A stretch of DNA of 64,000 nucleotides from positions 5,642,001 through 5,706,000 of the forward strand of contig CM035350.1 of NCBI GenBank assembly GCA_020137815.1. The letters are read 5' to 3'. How positions within the stretch are numbered: position 1 is the first letter of the stretch; every line of letters starts with the position of its first letter. The notes under the pieces were generated by a model. The model ran no database searches and was not told the DNA's origin. It was given only the letters and a program-made list of their open reading frames with translations. Position numbers and translations under genes: made by a program. Below, piece by piece: positions 49,601 through 60,636 of the stretch. This DNA is from Hormiphora californensis (Eukaryota > Animalia > Ctenophora).

Positions 49601-50171
49601 TCACGTGATATGCGACAGTCTCTCAGAGCGCGCGACTCGCAAGAGGGAGATAGCATCATCATCATGAGCACACTGATCATGATGATCATGATCAAAAGGC
49701 AAGTTCCAGCAAGTTGATCATGGTTTATGATGATCAAACGTGCGCACACTATGGTTTATGATGATCAAACGTGAACACACTATGGTTTGAGAGCATCATG
49801 ATGCATCAAGCCTCCATCATGATGATAACCATCAGTGTGTGCGCTTCTTTGATGGTGAACAGCAAAACCTCCGCACACTGACCTGATTATGATCATCACG
49901 ATCAGTATGCTTATAGCCTTATAAAACTAACCGTGTTTTCTACTAAACTATTACATGACTGGAATGGTTATTAAGTGGTTATTAAGTGGTTATTAAGTGG
50001 TTAACTCCTATCTAACCGGTAGGCCTAAACCACCCAAATCATGATGAATTACACCATATAATACAATTAATTTTCAAGGACAATGAGGTCCCAATAACAA
50101 GCTTGTTCTATGTATGTGTCTTCATTAATTAGCTGTACCCGTGGTTTGTCTATCTGTATATGTGGCCTTCT

Positions 50172-50225
<54 letters not shown>

Positions 50226-53200
50226 TCTCTCTCTCTACATGATAGGTACATGCTTGGCTGTGTTCCATCTTTTCACCGTTCCTAAGAAGAGCGTTGAATC
50301 GGCGGATGCAATATGCACACATTTTATTTTGAGTCTTGAAATACACAGAACAGAGACAATATCATTTTCCTCCTTCCTTTTCGGCCTCATAGCATCCTCG
50401 ATCCTCAATACAATTAACTCATATCTAACGAAATAAAAAGTAACATTGCGCCCAAAGTAAATCAGAACTAGTTATCCCTCAGTTGCACTCAAAATCAATA
50501 GGATATTATAGTTATCATCCTCCCTCAGATCCTGCAAACCCTGGGAACGGAGTCCTCCCACCCCTCCAATGCTGCCCAATGTGTGGCTGCTATTGCCCAG
50601 GTGGAGCTCCCTCTAAACCAATGGCCCGACCTTGTTCCCTTGCTTGTGGCGAGTTGCACCAGTGAGAATTCCCAGCTAAAGGAAGCTTCCATTGAGGCTC
50701 TCGGATACATAGTGGAGGACATTGTAAGTAAAACAAGTTGGGAGTTTTTGAAGGAGAGAAGGAAACATAGAATGCTCATATGATAGATAACAGTGGGTTA
50801 TTTATGGGTTATTTATGAACATGATAAAGGGTGGATGAAGGAAAATTTCTCCGCTCAATCTATGATACACAGAGTGAGGGGTTGTTGAGCGCGCGCGCCG
50901 AGCCTCTCTCTGCTGTACAAAGCAGATCTGGAAAACACATTTGGCGCGCTGCGGTACATCCCATCCCACAGAGTGCGGCAAAAAAACATGTCCCTGATTT
51001 AGGGTGGTATGGTACTCTCATTACGTCATGAAACTAACGACCTAGGCCAGTCATTTTTTGTCATTTTGGGGCCGTTTGGTGAACTGAGACATAACAAAGG
51101 TTTTCCACTTGTATTGTACTCCTATGGGGTCCTAGAAACACCAAAAAAATTGTTCACTCCAACCGAGGTGAAGAAAGTGCCCAAAATGGCCACGCCCTTT
51201 TTGCCTGTATTTTCAGCCTTGACCAAAAATAGCAACTTTGTTTTGGATTGGAGTAGAAACGTAAATGAGGGCACTAAAATGTGTAGAATGAGCAGCAGAA
51301 TCGATTGGTACCAAGCAGAAGTCGTTATCTCATCAGGTTCGAGAGATAATTGGATAATTAGGTATGCGCATAACCGTTTTTGAGCCATATGGCTATAGCC
51401 GCTCAGGAGCGGTTTCAGAAATTTTGCTTCACAGGAGCTTGTTTAGCATATAAAATTTAGTGGGGGTAACAAATATGAAGTTTTTATTGCATAAGGTCAA
51501 TGAGTTATTCAACTTTAAAGATCGAAAAATGGGGGTAAAAAGTCGAAATTTGGTTCATTTTCCTTCATTTTACCCTCATTTTTCGATCTTTAAAGTTGAA
51601 TAACTCATTGACCTTATGCGATAAAAACTTCATATTTGTTACCCCCACTAATTTTTATATGCTGAACAAGCTCCTGTGAAGCAAAATTTCTGAAACCGCT
51701 CCTGAGCGGCTATAGCCATATGGCTCAAAAACGGTTATGCGCATACCTAATTATCCAATTATCTCTCGAACCTGATGAGATAACGACTTCTGCTTGGTAC
51801 CAATCGATTCTGCTGCTCATTCTACACATTTTAGTGCCCTCATTTACGTTTCTACTCCAATCCAAAGCAAAGTTGCTATTTTTGGTCAAGGCTGAAAATA
51901 CAGGCAAAAAGGGCGTGGCCATTTTGGGCACTTTCTTCACCTCGGTTGGAGTGAACAATTTTTCTGGTGTTTCTGGGACCCCATAGGAGTACAATGCAAG
52001 TGGAAAACCTTTGTTATGTCTCAGTTCACCAATTAAGCAAAAAGTGACTGGCCTAACCTCCTTTCCCAGGATCCATCCATCTTGGTTCACAAGTCGGACC
52101 AGATCTTGACTGCAATCATTAATGCTATGAGGAAGGAAGAGCAAAAGTAGGTTTTGCAATTATATCCACCTATATTTTACTGTTTCTGCCAGGCATTTTT
52201 TGAATATCAATTTTCTGTGTTTAGTGATAGGGTACGAGCAGCCGGAGCACAGGCATTGTGCAATGCATTGGAGTTCTGTAAAGACCAGTTCAACAAAACG
52301 GTAACTATTAACTGCTTCTCCCGAGTTAGAGATATAGGCTGCATCTAACCTACCACCTCAACAAGATAGAAGTGGTACACAATATGATCACTAACCTCCC
52401 ACCCCCCCCCCCCCCCCCCCACAATATGATCACTAACCCCCCCATACCATGGCAGGTGGAGAGGAACTATATAATGCAGGTGATATGTGAGGGTACCCAG
52501 ACTAACAACATCAAGTTGCGGGTAGCGGCACTACAGTGCCTCTCCAAGTGCATGTCCCTGTATTACAAGTACATGGAGCATTACATGAGCCAGGCTCTCT
52601 TTGCCATCACTCTCTCCGCACTAGACAGCCCTGAGGACCAAATCGCCCTCCAAGGTACTTTAACCAACAGTATCAGACGTTCCGTAATAACCTTTCACTG
52701 GGCGCAATTCGCAAACCAATATATGTTTGGGAGTATCAAGTCTTGAAGGGGGTGTCCAATATAAACCGTTGCAGGTATTCTGGTCCACAACTTGTGACGA
52801 TCCAATATATTAACCCCTTTCACCCTGCAGGTATTGAGTTCTGGTCCACCACCTGTGACGAAGAGATGGATCTCCAGATTGAGGCCCAGGAGGCTGCTGA
52901 AGTTGGTGAACCCCCCGATGTCGTCTCTAAACACTACATGTTGGGGGCCCTCCAGTACGTGATACCGCCCCTCCTCAAGAGGATGACTATCCAGGAGGAG
53001 TATGACGACGAGGATGACTGGAATCCAAACAAGGCTGCTGGGGTGTGTCTGATGTTGGTGGCGCAGTGCTGTACCAACAGTGTTGTGCAGTATGTAGTGG
53101 GGTTCCTGGAGCAGATCAACCATGAGAATTGGAGACACAGAGATGCTACTATCATGGCGTTTGGTAGTATTGTCGATGGGCCTGACCCGGAGACCCTGAA

Positions 53201-56154
53201 CCAGTATGCCTGGAACTTGATTCCCCATCTGGTGAGGATGCTAAAGACTGACCCGAGTCTGGCAGTTAGGGATAGCTGTGCGTGGACTCTAGGCAGGATT
53301 TGTGATAGGCTACCCCAGACCATTCTGCAGCATCCCAGCAACATGGAACTGGTCGAGGCCCTCCTGATGTCCCTGAACAATGAACCCAGAGTGGCAACTA
53401 ATGCCTGTTGGGCCTTCGCTTCCCTCTCAGAGGTACCCCCTTCTTTGTGCTGTATCTCCTCTCCCCCAGTTTAGAATGATGCCTTCACCTTCCTAGTAGT
53501 CCTTGTAACCATAGAAACAGTATGTCATTCCTTCCCTGCTAACACCCCTCCCCCTATAACAGTCTGCATATGACGCTGCGGAGAGCCAGCTGCCAGATAA
53601 TGAAACTGAACCTGCCACCTACATCCTGTCTCCCTGTTATGCGGCCATTATCAAACAGCTCCTAGCTACCACTGAACGTCCTGATGCTAGCACTAACAAC
53701 CTGAGAAGGTAGGCTCACCCCCACAAACCATACTAGGGCTTGTAAGCAGTATCCCCTGAAAATTTCCATCATCTACAGAGCAAATGACCTATTTCCTGAC
53801 AACCCCCCTCCGGCCTCCCCCTCTAAGTTCTAACAACCCCCCTCCCAGCTCCGCGTACGAAGCAATCATGGAACTTCTAAAGTCCTCACCAAAGGACTGC
53901 TACTTAGTTGTCCAGGAGACGACCGTTACGGTTATCTCCAAGCTCCAGGGTATTCTGCACCACCGTCACACTGAAAAGGGGGGCGACATGAACGATATCC
54001 AGTCCTTGTTGTGCGCTACCCTCCAGTGTATAATCAGGAAGATGCAGCAGGGAGATGCCATTCAGATATCTGATACCGTCATGGCAGCATTCCTTATGAT
54101 GATGAGTAGCAATGAACAGAGCAGTGTGGTCCAGGAGGATGCCCTCATGGCGATAGGTAGGTATTAGGGCAACAAGCTGCTGGGGGCATGATCAACAATG
54201 TCTAGTAGGGATATACGGGGGATATACTGGGGATTTACTTGACAATAATACTCCCCCACTACTAGGTACCCTAATCATGGTGACTGGTAAGCACTTTGCC
54301 AAGTACATGGACAGCTTCTGGCCCTATATGATGGCCTCCCTTCAGAACCACGAAGAGTACAGTGTCTGTGCCGCTGCCGTGGGTATCATCGGTGATATCT
54401 GTTCTACCTTCGGGCCAGAGATGATCAACTTTAGTGATAAGCTGATGGAGCTTCTCATTGCGGCCGTGTCAGTAAGTCTCAGGAGGGTGTACTTGGCATT
54501 GTGACTGGGTAGTAGTTGACGCAGCCCTCATGATAATAACAATCTCTATCCTAAGTTATTCTTGTTATGTTCTAACCCTCCCTTTACATTTGTAAAGGTG
54601 TTTCGGGTCCGCGGCGCCCGAAACACAGTCTAGGCAGGCAAAGTTATTCCCCCTCGTTCACTCTAATTCTAAATTCAGTATTCACACACTTCTCCTTCCA
54701 GAATCAAGCCATGCACAGGACAGTGAAACCTACTATTTTGAGTACATTTGGCGACATTGCCATTGCTATCGGACCGGCCTATGCTAAGTATCTGGAACCT
54801 GTTGTGCACATCCTTCAGCAGGCCTCTCTTGTAAACTTCGATAAGGTATGAGTGTGAGGAAGTTACCCCCCCCCCACTCAGAACGACTATCAACCCTGAC
54901 ACCCCCCATTCCCAATTCAGAACGACTATCACCCCTGACACCCCCCCTTCCCAATTCAGAACGACTATCAACCCTGACACCCCCACTCAGAACGACTATC
55001 ACCCCTGACACCCCCACTCAGAACGACTATCACCCCTGACACCCCCCACTCAGAACGACTATCACCCCTGACAACCCCCCCTCTCAGTACGACTATCACC
55101 CCTGACACCCCCCTCTCAGAACGACTATCACCCCTGACAACCCCTCCCCTCTCAGAACGACTATCACCCCTGACACCCCCTTCCCAATTCAGATCACCCT
55201 TGACACCCCCCCCCCTTCCCAATTCAGAACGACTATCACCCCTGACACCCCCCCCCCCCATTCAGAACGACTATCACCCCTGATACCCCCCTTTCCCAAT
55301 TCAGAACGACTATCACCCCTGACACCCCCCCTTCCCAATTCAGAACGACTATCACCCTTGACACCCCCCCCTTCCCAATTCAGAATGACTATCACCCCTG
55401 ACACCCCCCCCCCTTCCCAATTCAGAACGACTATCACCCCTGACACCCCCCATTCAGAACGACTATCACCCCTGACACCCCCATTCAGAACAACTATCAC
55501 CCCTGACACCCCCCATTCAGAGCGACTATCACCCCTGACACCCCAATTCAGAACGACTATCGCCCCTGACACCCCCCCCCCCCCATTCAGAACGACCATC
55601 ACCCCTGACACCCCCACTCAGAACGACTATCACCCCTGACACCCCCCCCCCCCCCCCCCAGAACGACTACGAGATGGTAGACTACATGTACGAGCTCAGG
55701 CAGGGTATTCTTGAAGCGTATGCTGGTATTATCACCGGACTGGGAACCCGACCCGATGACCACACACCCTCCCAGTTAGAGGCCTTCAAACCCTTCGTGC
55801 CCCAGATACTCCGTCTTATTGCTACAATATCCGAGGATCGGGAGAGGCCAGATGGATTATTGGGCTGCGCCTGTGGTCTTGTTGGGTGAGTCCCCCGGCT
55901 CACACATTGTTGTTTCCAAACCACCCCTAATTGATCTGGTGAGGTGTTATACCCCCTACCCATGAGAGGGTTATTAAACCAACCCCCTCTCTCTCAGCGA
56001 CCTGGTTAAAGGGTACGGGGGTTCTGTGAAACAGATGGTGATGAATGATAGCATTTCCACCCTCCTAACCGCTGGACGAAGGAGCCGCACAAGCAACACT
56101 AAAACCATGGCTCAGTGGGCAAGCAAAGAAATGAAGAAAATCAACGCCCTTTGA
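43679..56154 (+). CDS. KPNB1: Importin subunit beta-1
   Basis: 14 exons: 43679-43745, 43847-43905, 47516-47698 ([13 protein letters not shown]), 50529-50723, 52070-52147, 52224-52300, 52456-52654, 52831-53433 ([23 protein letters not shown]), 53563-53708, 53849-54157, 54266-54471, 54703-54845, 55662-55885 (NDYEMVDY), 55998-56154. Confidence 0.95.
44310..44817. mobile_element. Tc1/mariner-type MITE with ~200-bp TIRs
   Basis: TA|CACGGTGTTCATTTTGGATC...GATCCAAAATGAACACCCTG|TA, with a ~100-bp spacer. Confidence 0.85.
45436..45641. repeat. Two short tandem arrays built around CACGTG
   Basis: gtcacgtgacattacacat x3, then gatcatcacgtgatggatctctcagagaaaagtcttaga x~3. Confidence 0.8.
46604..46818. 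repeat. 30-bp minisatellite
   Basis: gagatcaggtcaaagtgggaaactttctta, about 7 copies. Confidence 0.9.
48248..49918. mobile_element. PIF/Harbinger-type non-autonomous element
   Basis: TTA|GGCTATAAGCATACTGATCGTGATGATCATAATCAG ... CTGATTATGATCATCACGATCAGTATGCTTATAGCC|TTA. 3-bp TTA TSD and TGATCA subterminal repeats. Confidence 0.8.
51045..52053. mobile_element. ~1-kb foldback element
   Basis: TA|GGCCAGTCA..TGACTGGCC|TA outer ends. Inner arms ~51076-51540 and ~51567-52032 are near-identical inverted copies. Confidence 0.85.
54866..55670 (+). repeat. ~31-42-bp minisatellite made of the importin-beta intron 12 acceptor and the start of exon 13
   Basis: 23 copies of cacccctgaca(C)n[ttcccaatt/act/att]cag|AACGACTA; the last copy is the real junction. 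Confidence 0.95.
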
Positions 56155-56996
56155 CCACATCCCCCAACCCCCTTCCATCCGTGTGAGCGCGAGGTTAGTA
56201 CACTGCCCACAATATATACTCCCCCACATATTATAAACCCTTGGTTAGTCTGTTCGTACTGAACTGTCCTGACAACTTGGACCTTTCATTCTGGTTTATA
56301 TTAAAAAGCTAGGTCCCCAATGATCACAGCTATCCCTGATTTACTAACATATCTCTTGACTCTTTTTCAGGTGAGTAAAAGAAGTGAGACAACGGACGCC
56401 GCAAGACATCTGTGAACGAATAACAATGTGAATCATGTGAGATACACAGAAAGAGTGAAATGCCAGGCCAGTGAGACGTCTGTGAGGGACTGTACACGAG
56501 AGAGCTTGCAAGCTTGAGAGCAAAAATTGAGAGGGCAAGAGTGAGAGTTAGGTAGGTCTGTCAAGTGAGATATAGAGAGAGAGACTACACTTTTGCTAGG
56601 AATTCTTTTAATATAACGTCACGACACATTTTGTTGGGAAATGTATACCTTTTTACGAAAGTGCCTCGTTTCAACTACGTCAGATATATTCCCTTGTTGT
56701 TTTAATACAAAGATCATCTAAGCTATTAAATTATTAACCGTATCTGTCTATTGCCTGCGAGTGTGAGGGCCCCCTTTCTTTTGTCAAGATTTAGTGTATC
56801 TGAAATGCAGTGTGGGGATATTTATGTGTATGTACGACTTTGTGTGTGTGCTTGTGTGAAGCAAAATTTTAATATGTGAATTGAGAGATATATTATTTGT
56901 ATGCGTGGTGAGTAGCAATTTGTAATTTTTGTAAGGTGAACCTGTTCTCAAACGAGAGACCCAAAATACGCTGTCGAACGCCACGTTATGAGAGGA

Positions 56997-57104
<108 letters not shown>

Positions 57105-57666
57105 AGGTATATAATAATTATTAAACCTTGATTACCTTCCACAGTGGACCTTTTTTACACATTTTATTTATTCAGGGAAGATTTCCCTAAAAATATATCA
57201 ACTTTAAGGTATATTTTTTCCAGTTTAAAACGTCGCCCCTTTTTATAGGATCTGGTTGCTTCAAAATATAATTCCTCCATTTGAGTTCAGAAATCCCGTC
57301 TCAACTGATGTGAGTGTGTGGGAGAGTGAGGGCTGATCTGAGAGACGTGCGTTTGAATTTGTTGTGCCTTTGTCTAATGCGAGAAAGTGAATTGTCCCAT
57401 GGACCGTCCGATGTCATTTAGTTATGAGTGTGTTTTCCTTTTTAAGACATTAAATTTCGTCTTTCAAGTGTTGCCAGTTTGATACAAAATTTGGCCTAAA
57501 AAATGGTACGCGCAAATCGTGCGCCGCGCACAAAATAATATTTCGGCGCGGCATTTATATTCGTCGCGCCGCGCAGGTGAAAAAAATAAAATTTGCTTCC
57601 AGATACAAATTTTTCTCAGTTCCGCGCGTTCCGTCAAAACAAAAAGTGAACTCGAGGTTTTGTGAG

Positions 57667-58298
57667 ATGGTGAACGAACAAGAACTAAAAGGAGGGCATG
57701 CTCCTGCCGGTGAGAGCTTAGCAACGCCTTTTTGGGCGATAAGACTTTATCATTACGCTTTTGACCGTTAGTCTGTCTGGCGACGCCGACCCCATCTGAG
57801 CGCCAGAATTAAATGGGGGTCTGGCGCCGGTAGACAGCCGTTAGCCAAGATCATTAAAAATGTTTCCTTACTTTCTTCAGAAAAGGTTGGAGGAGTAAGA
57901 CGACGAACAAAGAGCAAAAGTGACAATGTGGGTGGGATGGCAGCAGCCGCTGAACCTGCACCTGAAGAAAATGTTGAGGGAGAATCACCGGAAGAAGGAA
58001 CTGCAGAGGGCGAGGTGAACGGATTATGATTTTTTTTCTCCAGTTGATACTTTCTAGAATCTGCACGTTCGGTTTTCTGGGTTCTGACAACCATCCTACC
58101 TTGCTAATTCTAATCTAACCCCTTCCCCAGGAAGCTGTAGTCGAGGCCGACCCCTCGGTCATTGCACCCTATAAGGAAAACACCCCTGATGCAGTGAAAT
58201 CATTCCACGAGAAACCGATCCCTTCGAAGGACTTCCAAGTGTCCAAGAATCCTCAGGTCAGTGGACAGAACATGAGGCTTAACCAGCCAAGGAAGTGA
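57667..58298 (+). CDS. DAP: Death-associated protein 1 (DAP/DAPL1 family), 114 aa
   Basis: Exons 57667-57709, 57881-58014, 58131-58298. N-terminal KGGHAPAEKVGGVR and C-terminal FHEKPIPS...LNQPRK* match the DAP hallmarks KAGHPPAVKAGGMR and IQQPRK. Confidence 0.85.
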
Positions 58299-58440
58299 AA
58301 TAGACACTAATTTTAGAATGGGGACATATTAACTAGTTTTAACCTGAATGTTTTAAATGAATTTTAATCCAAAAAGTGTGGCTGAGTGTTTAATTTATTG
58401 CCTTGATTATCCCATTAACGCTTCGGTGTGAAACTGTATA

Positions 58441-59261
58441 TAGTTAGGAACACTATTGGTGCGCGGTCGTGCCCACGGAAGGAGTGCTTGGATCATCTTG
58501 AAACCGGTTTTAAGTTAACTAATGCATATCCAAAAGTGTCTGTAGCTATTTGGGTGATGTTCTGACAATCCAATCACGAGTTATGACGAAAAAACAGTCA
58601 AAAAAGACGTTTTAAAGTGACAAAAAGGAGGATCTGAACACAGCCCTTATATGAAGGGTTGGGGCTATGAAACTTCTTGAGTGGACAGAGAATCGTCCAA
58701 ATTTGCAGTGCCAACTTTGGAATAGTTTCTATCTTTTGTAGTTATCTAATTAGAGCCGTTCAAACATGTGAGACGATCTGCAAAACAGGGTGATTTGGTA
58801 CTGTTTCCGCCCCATATTGCTTGCTCTCACCGCTTGTATGCTTTAATCTGCTCTCTAATTGGGTAAATCTCGTCAAGTGATCACTTCACAAGCAAAAATA
58901 CCTAGTATTAGAGGCCCCTGCAGCATCGTCTCACATGTTTAAACGGCTCTAATTAGATAACTACAAAAGATAGAAACTATTCCAAAGTTGGCACTGCAAA
59001 TTTGGACGATTCTCTGTCCACTCAAGAAGTTTCATAGCCCCAACCCTTCATATAAGGGCTGTGTTCAGATCCTCCTTTTTGTCACTTTAAAACGTCTTTT
59101 TTGACTGTTTTTTCGTCATAACTCGTGATTGGATTGTCAGAACATCACCCAAATAGCTACAGACACTTTTGGATATGCATTAGTTAACTTAAAACCGGTT
59201 TCAAGATGATCCAAGCACTCCTTCCGTGGGCACGACCGCGCACCAATAGTGTTCCTAACTA
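58441..59261. mobile_element. 820-bp foldback element/MITE between the converging DAP and DDHD 3' ends
   Basis: TAGTTAGGAACACTATTGGTGCGCGG... arms of ~340 bp are near-perfectly inverted around a ~140-bp spacer. Confidence 0.85.
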
Positions 59262-59622
59262 ATATCCTTCTTTAACTTTTTAAACGCTGAAGACACGGCT
59301 AATTTACGGAATTTCAACTTGAATAATAATACATCTCATCTGCATCAATATTTACAAAACTGCAATTCTCTATTATATTCCCCATTTTAACATACGAAAA
59401 GTCCAAAAAGAGATTTAGTATCATTAAAATCACCTCATATCACTCAATGCGTGCTTCTAAAAAACAAACAACTCAATTGACACACAATATATCAGTTTTT
59501 TAACCCTGCAAGCTGATATATATGTAGTGTCTCAGATATCAGTTGCGTTCCTGGTTTACAGACTATCATGATCAACATAACCGCGGGAGGGGTCATGCAG
59601 TGGTGTGCAGTGGTGGACATTG

Positions 59623-60545
59623 TCACACGAGAGGGAGATCTGATGGTATACTGTCCTTTTTCCTAAACATTTCCCTGACCATGAGTAGGACGGTGTCTTC
59701 AGAGGTCCTGAAAACAAGCGGAAATAGTGAACAATTGAATGAACACATGATAAAACATAAAGCAGTGTGGGACAGTTCATTCACTAGACGAACACATCAT
59801 CATAAAAAGAACACACACCATTGTATGAGGTACACTAAGTACTATTAATAGATGGAGTTGTTCAAGTTGTTCAAGTTCAACTAGATGGAGAATGGAGATG
59901 TACATACCAATAACAGAGGTGGGAGGAGAGGGAAAATAGGTATTCGTTAACCAGCTCTAGGGGGGATTCCTGTAACACGTAGTCTATACGTTCCCCCTCG
60001 TTTAGCCTTCCTATTCGATTAATCAGAGGCGGCACCACTTCTATTTTTTCTGGGAAGGACGAAAATATTAGAAAGTTGGGTTTACTTGCTGCACAATTTC
60101 TACTCAAAATCCTCTGCACTTTGAGTATATGTTATACACAGCCCCTCACCTACCCACCTGCTACAGTAACGGAAGCATTTTCCTCCGTTGATGTATCCAT
60201 AGATCTGGTGTAGAATGAGTAAAGAGTGTTGGAAAGCTGATTCTTTACTGCTGATCCCACTCTTACAAGCTGGTCCGTTATTTCTGTGATGAGAGGGGAT
60301 ATGATGGGGTTGCATATTCTTATAATAATGGGCTAACATGAACCAGAATGTAAAATGTAAAACTAATTTACACAAGCCCTAAATGGCACACTGTCGTGTG
60401 TAGATTACCCACCTATCATTTCAATTTGAATTGCTAAATACTCACAGCTTACCTTTGTGCATTCGTTTTCTGCCCTTGTGGTGTGGCAGTGTAACCGGCT
60501 GGGATGGTGGGCCACCACAAACAAGGGGCTCTAACTTGTACGCCT

Positions 60546-60636
<91 letters not shown>

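Noticed and set aside
51009-52159. Mirror-image ORF pairs (MAQKRLCAY...)
   Set aside because: They arise from the foldback arms and have no recognisable transposase motifs.
54879-55661. Claim that in-frame stops in the decoy units are selected
   Set aside because: Branch motifs contain TAA or TGA by default (one-in-three chance of being in frame), and there are too few independent cases to conclude.
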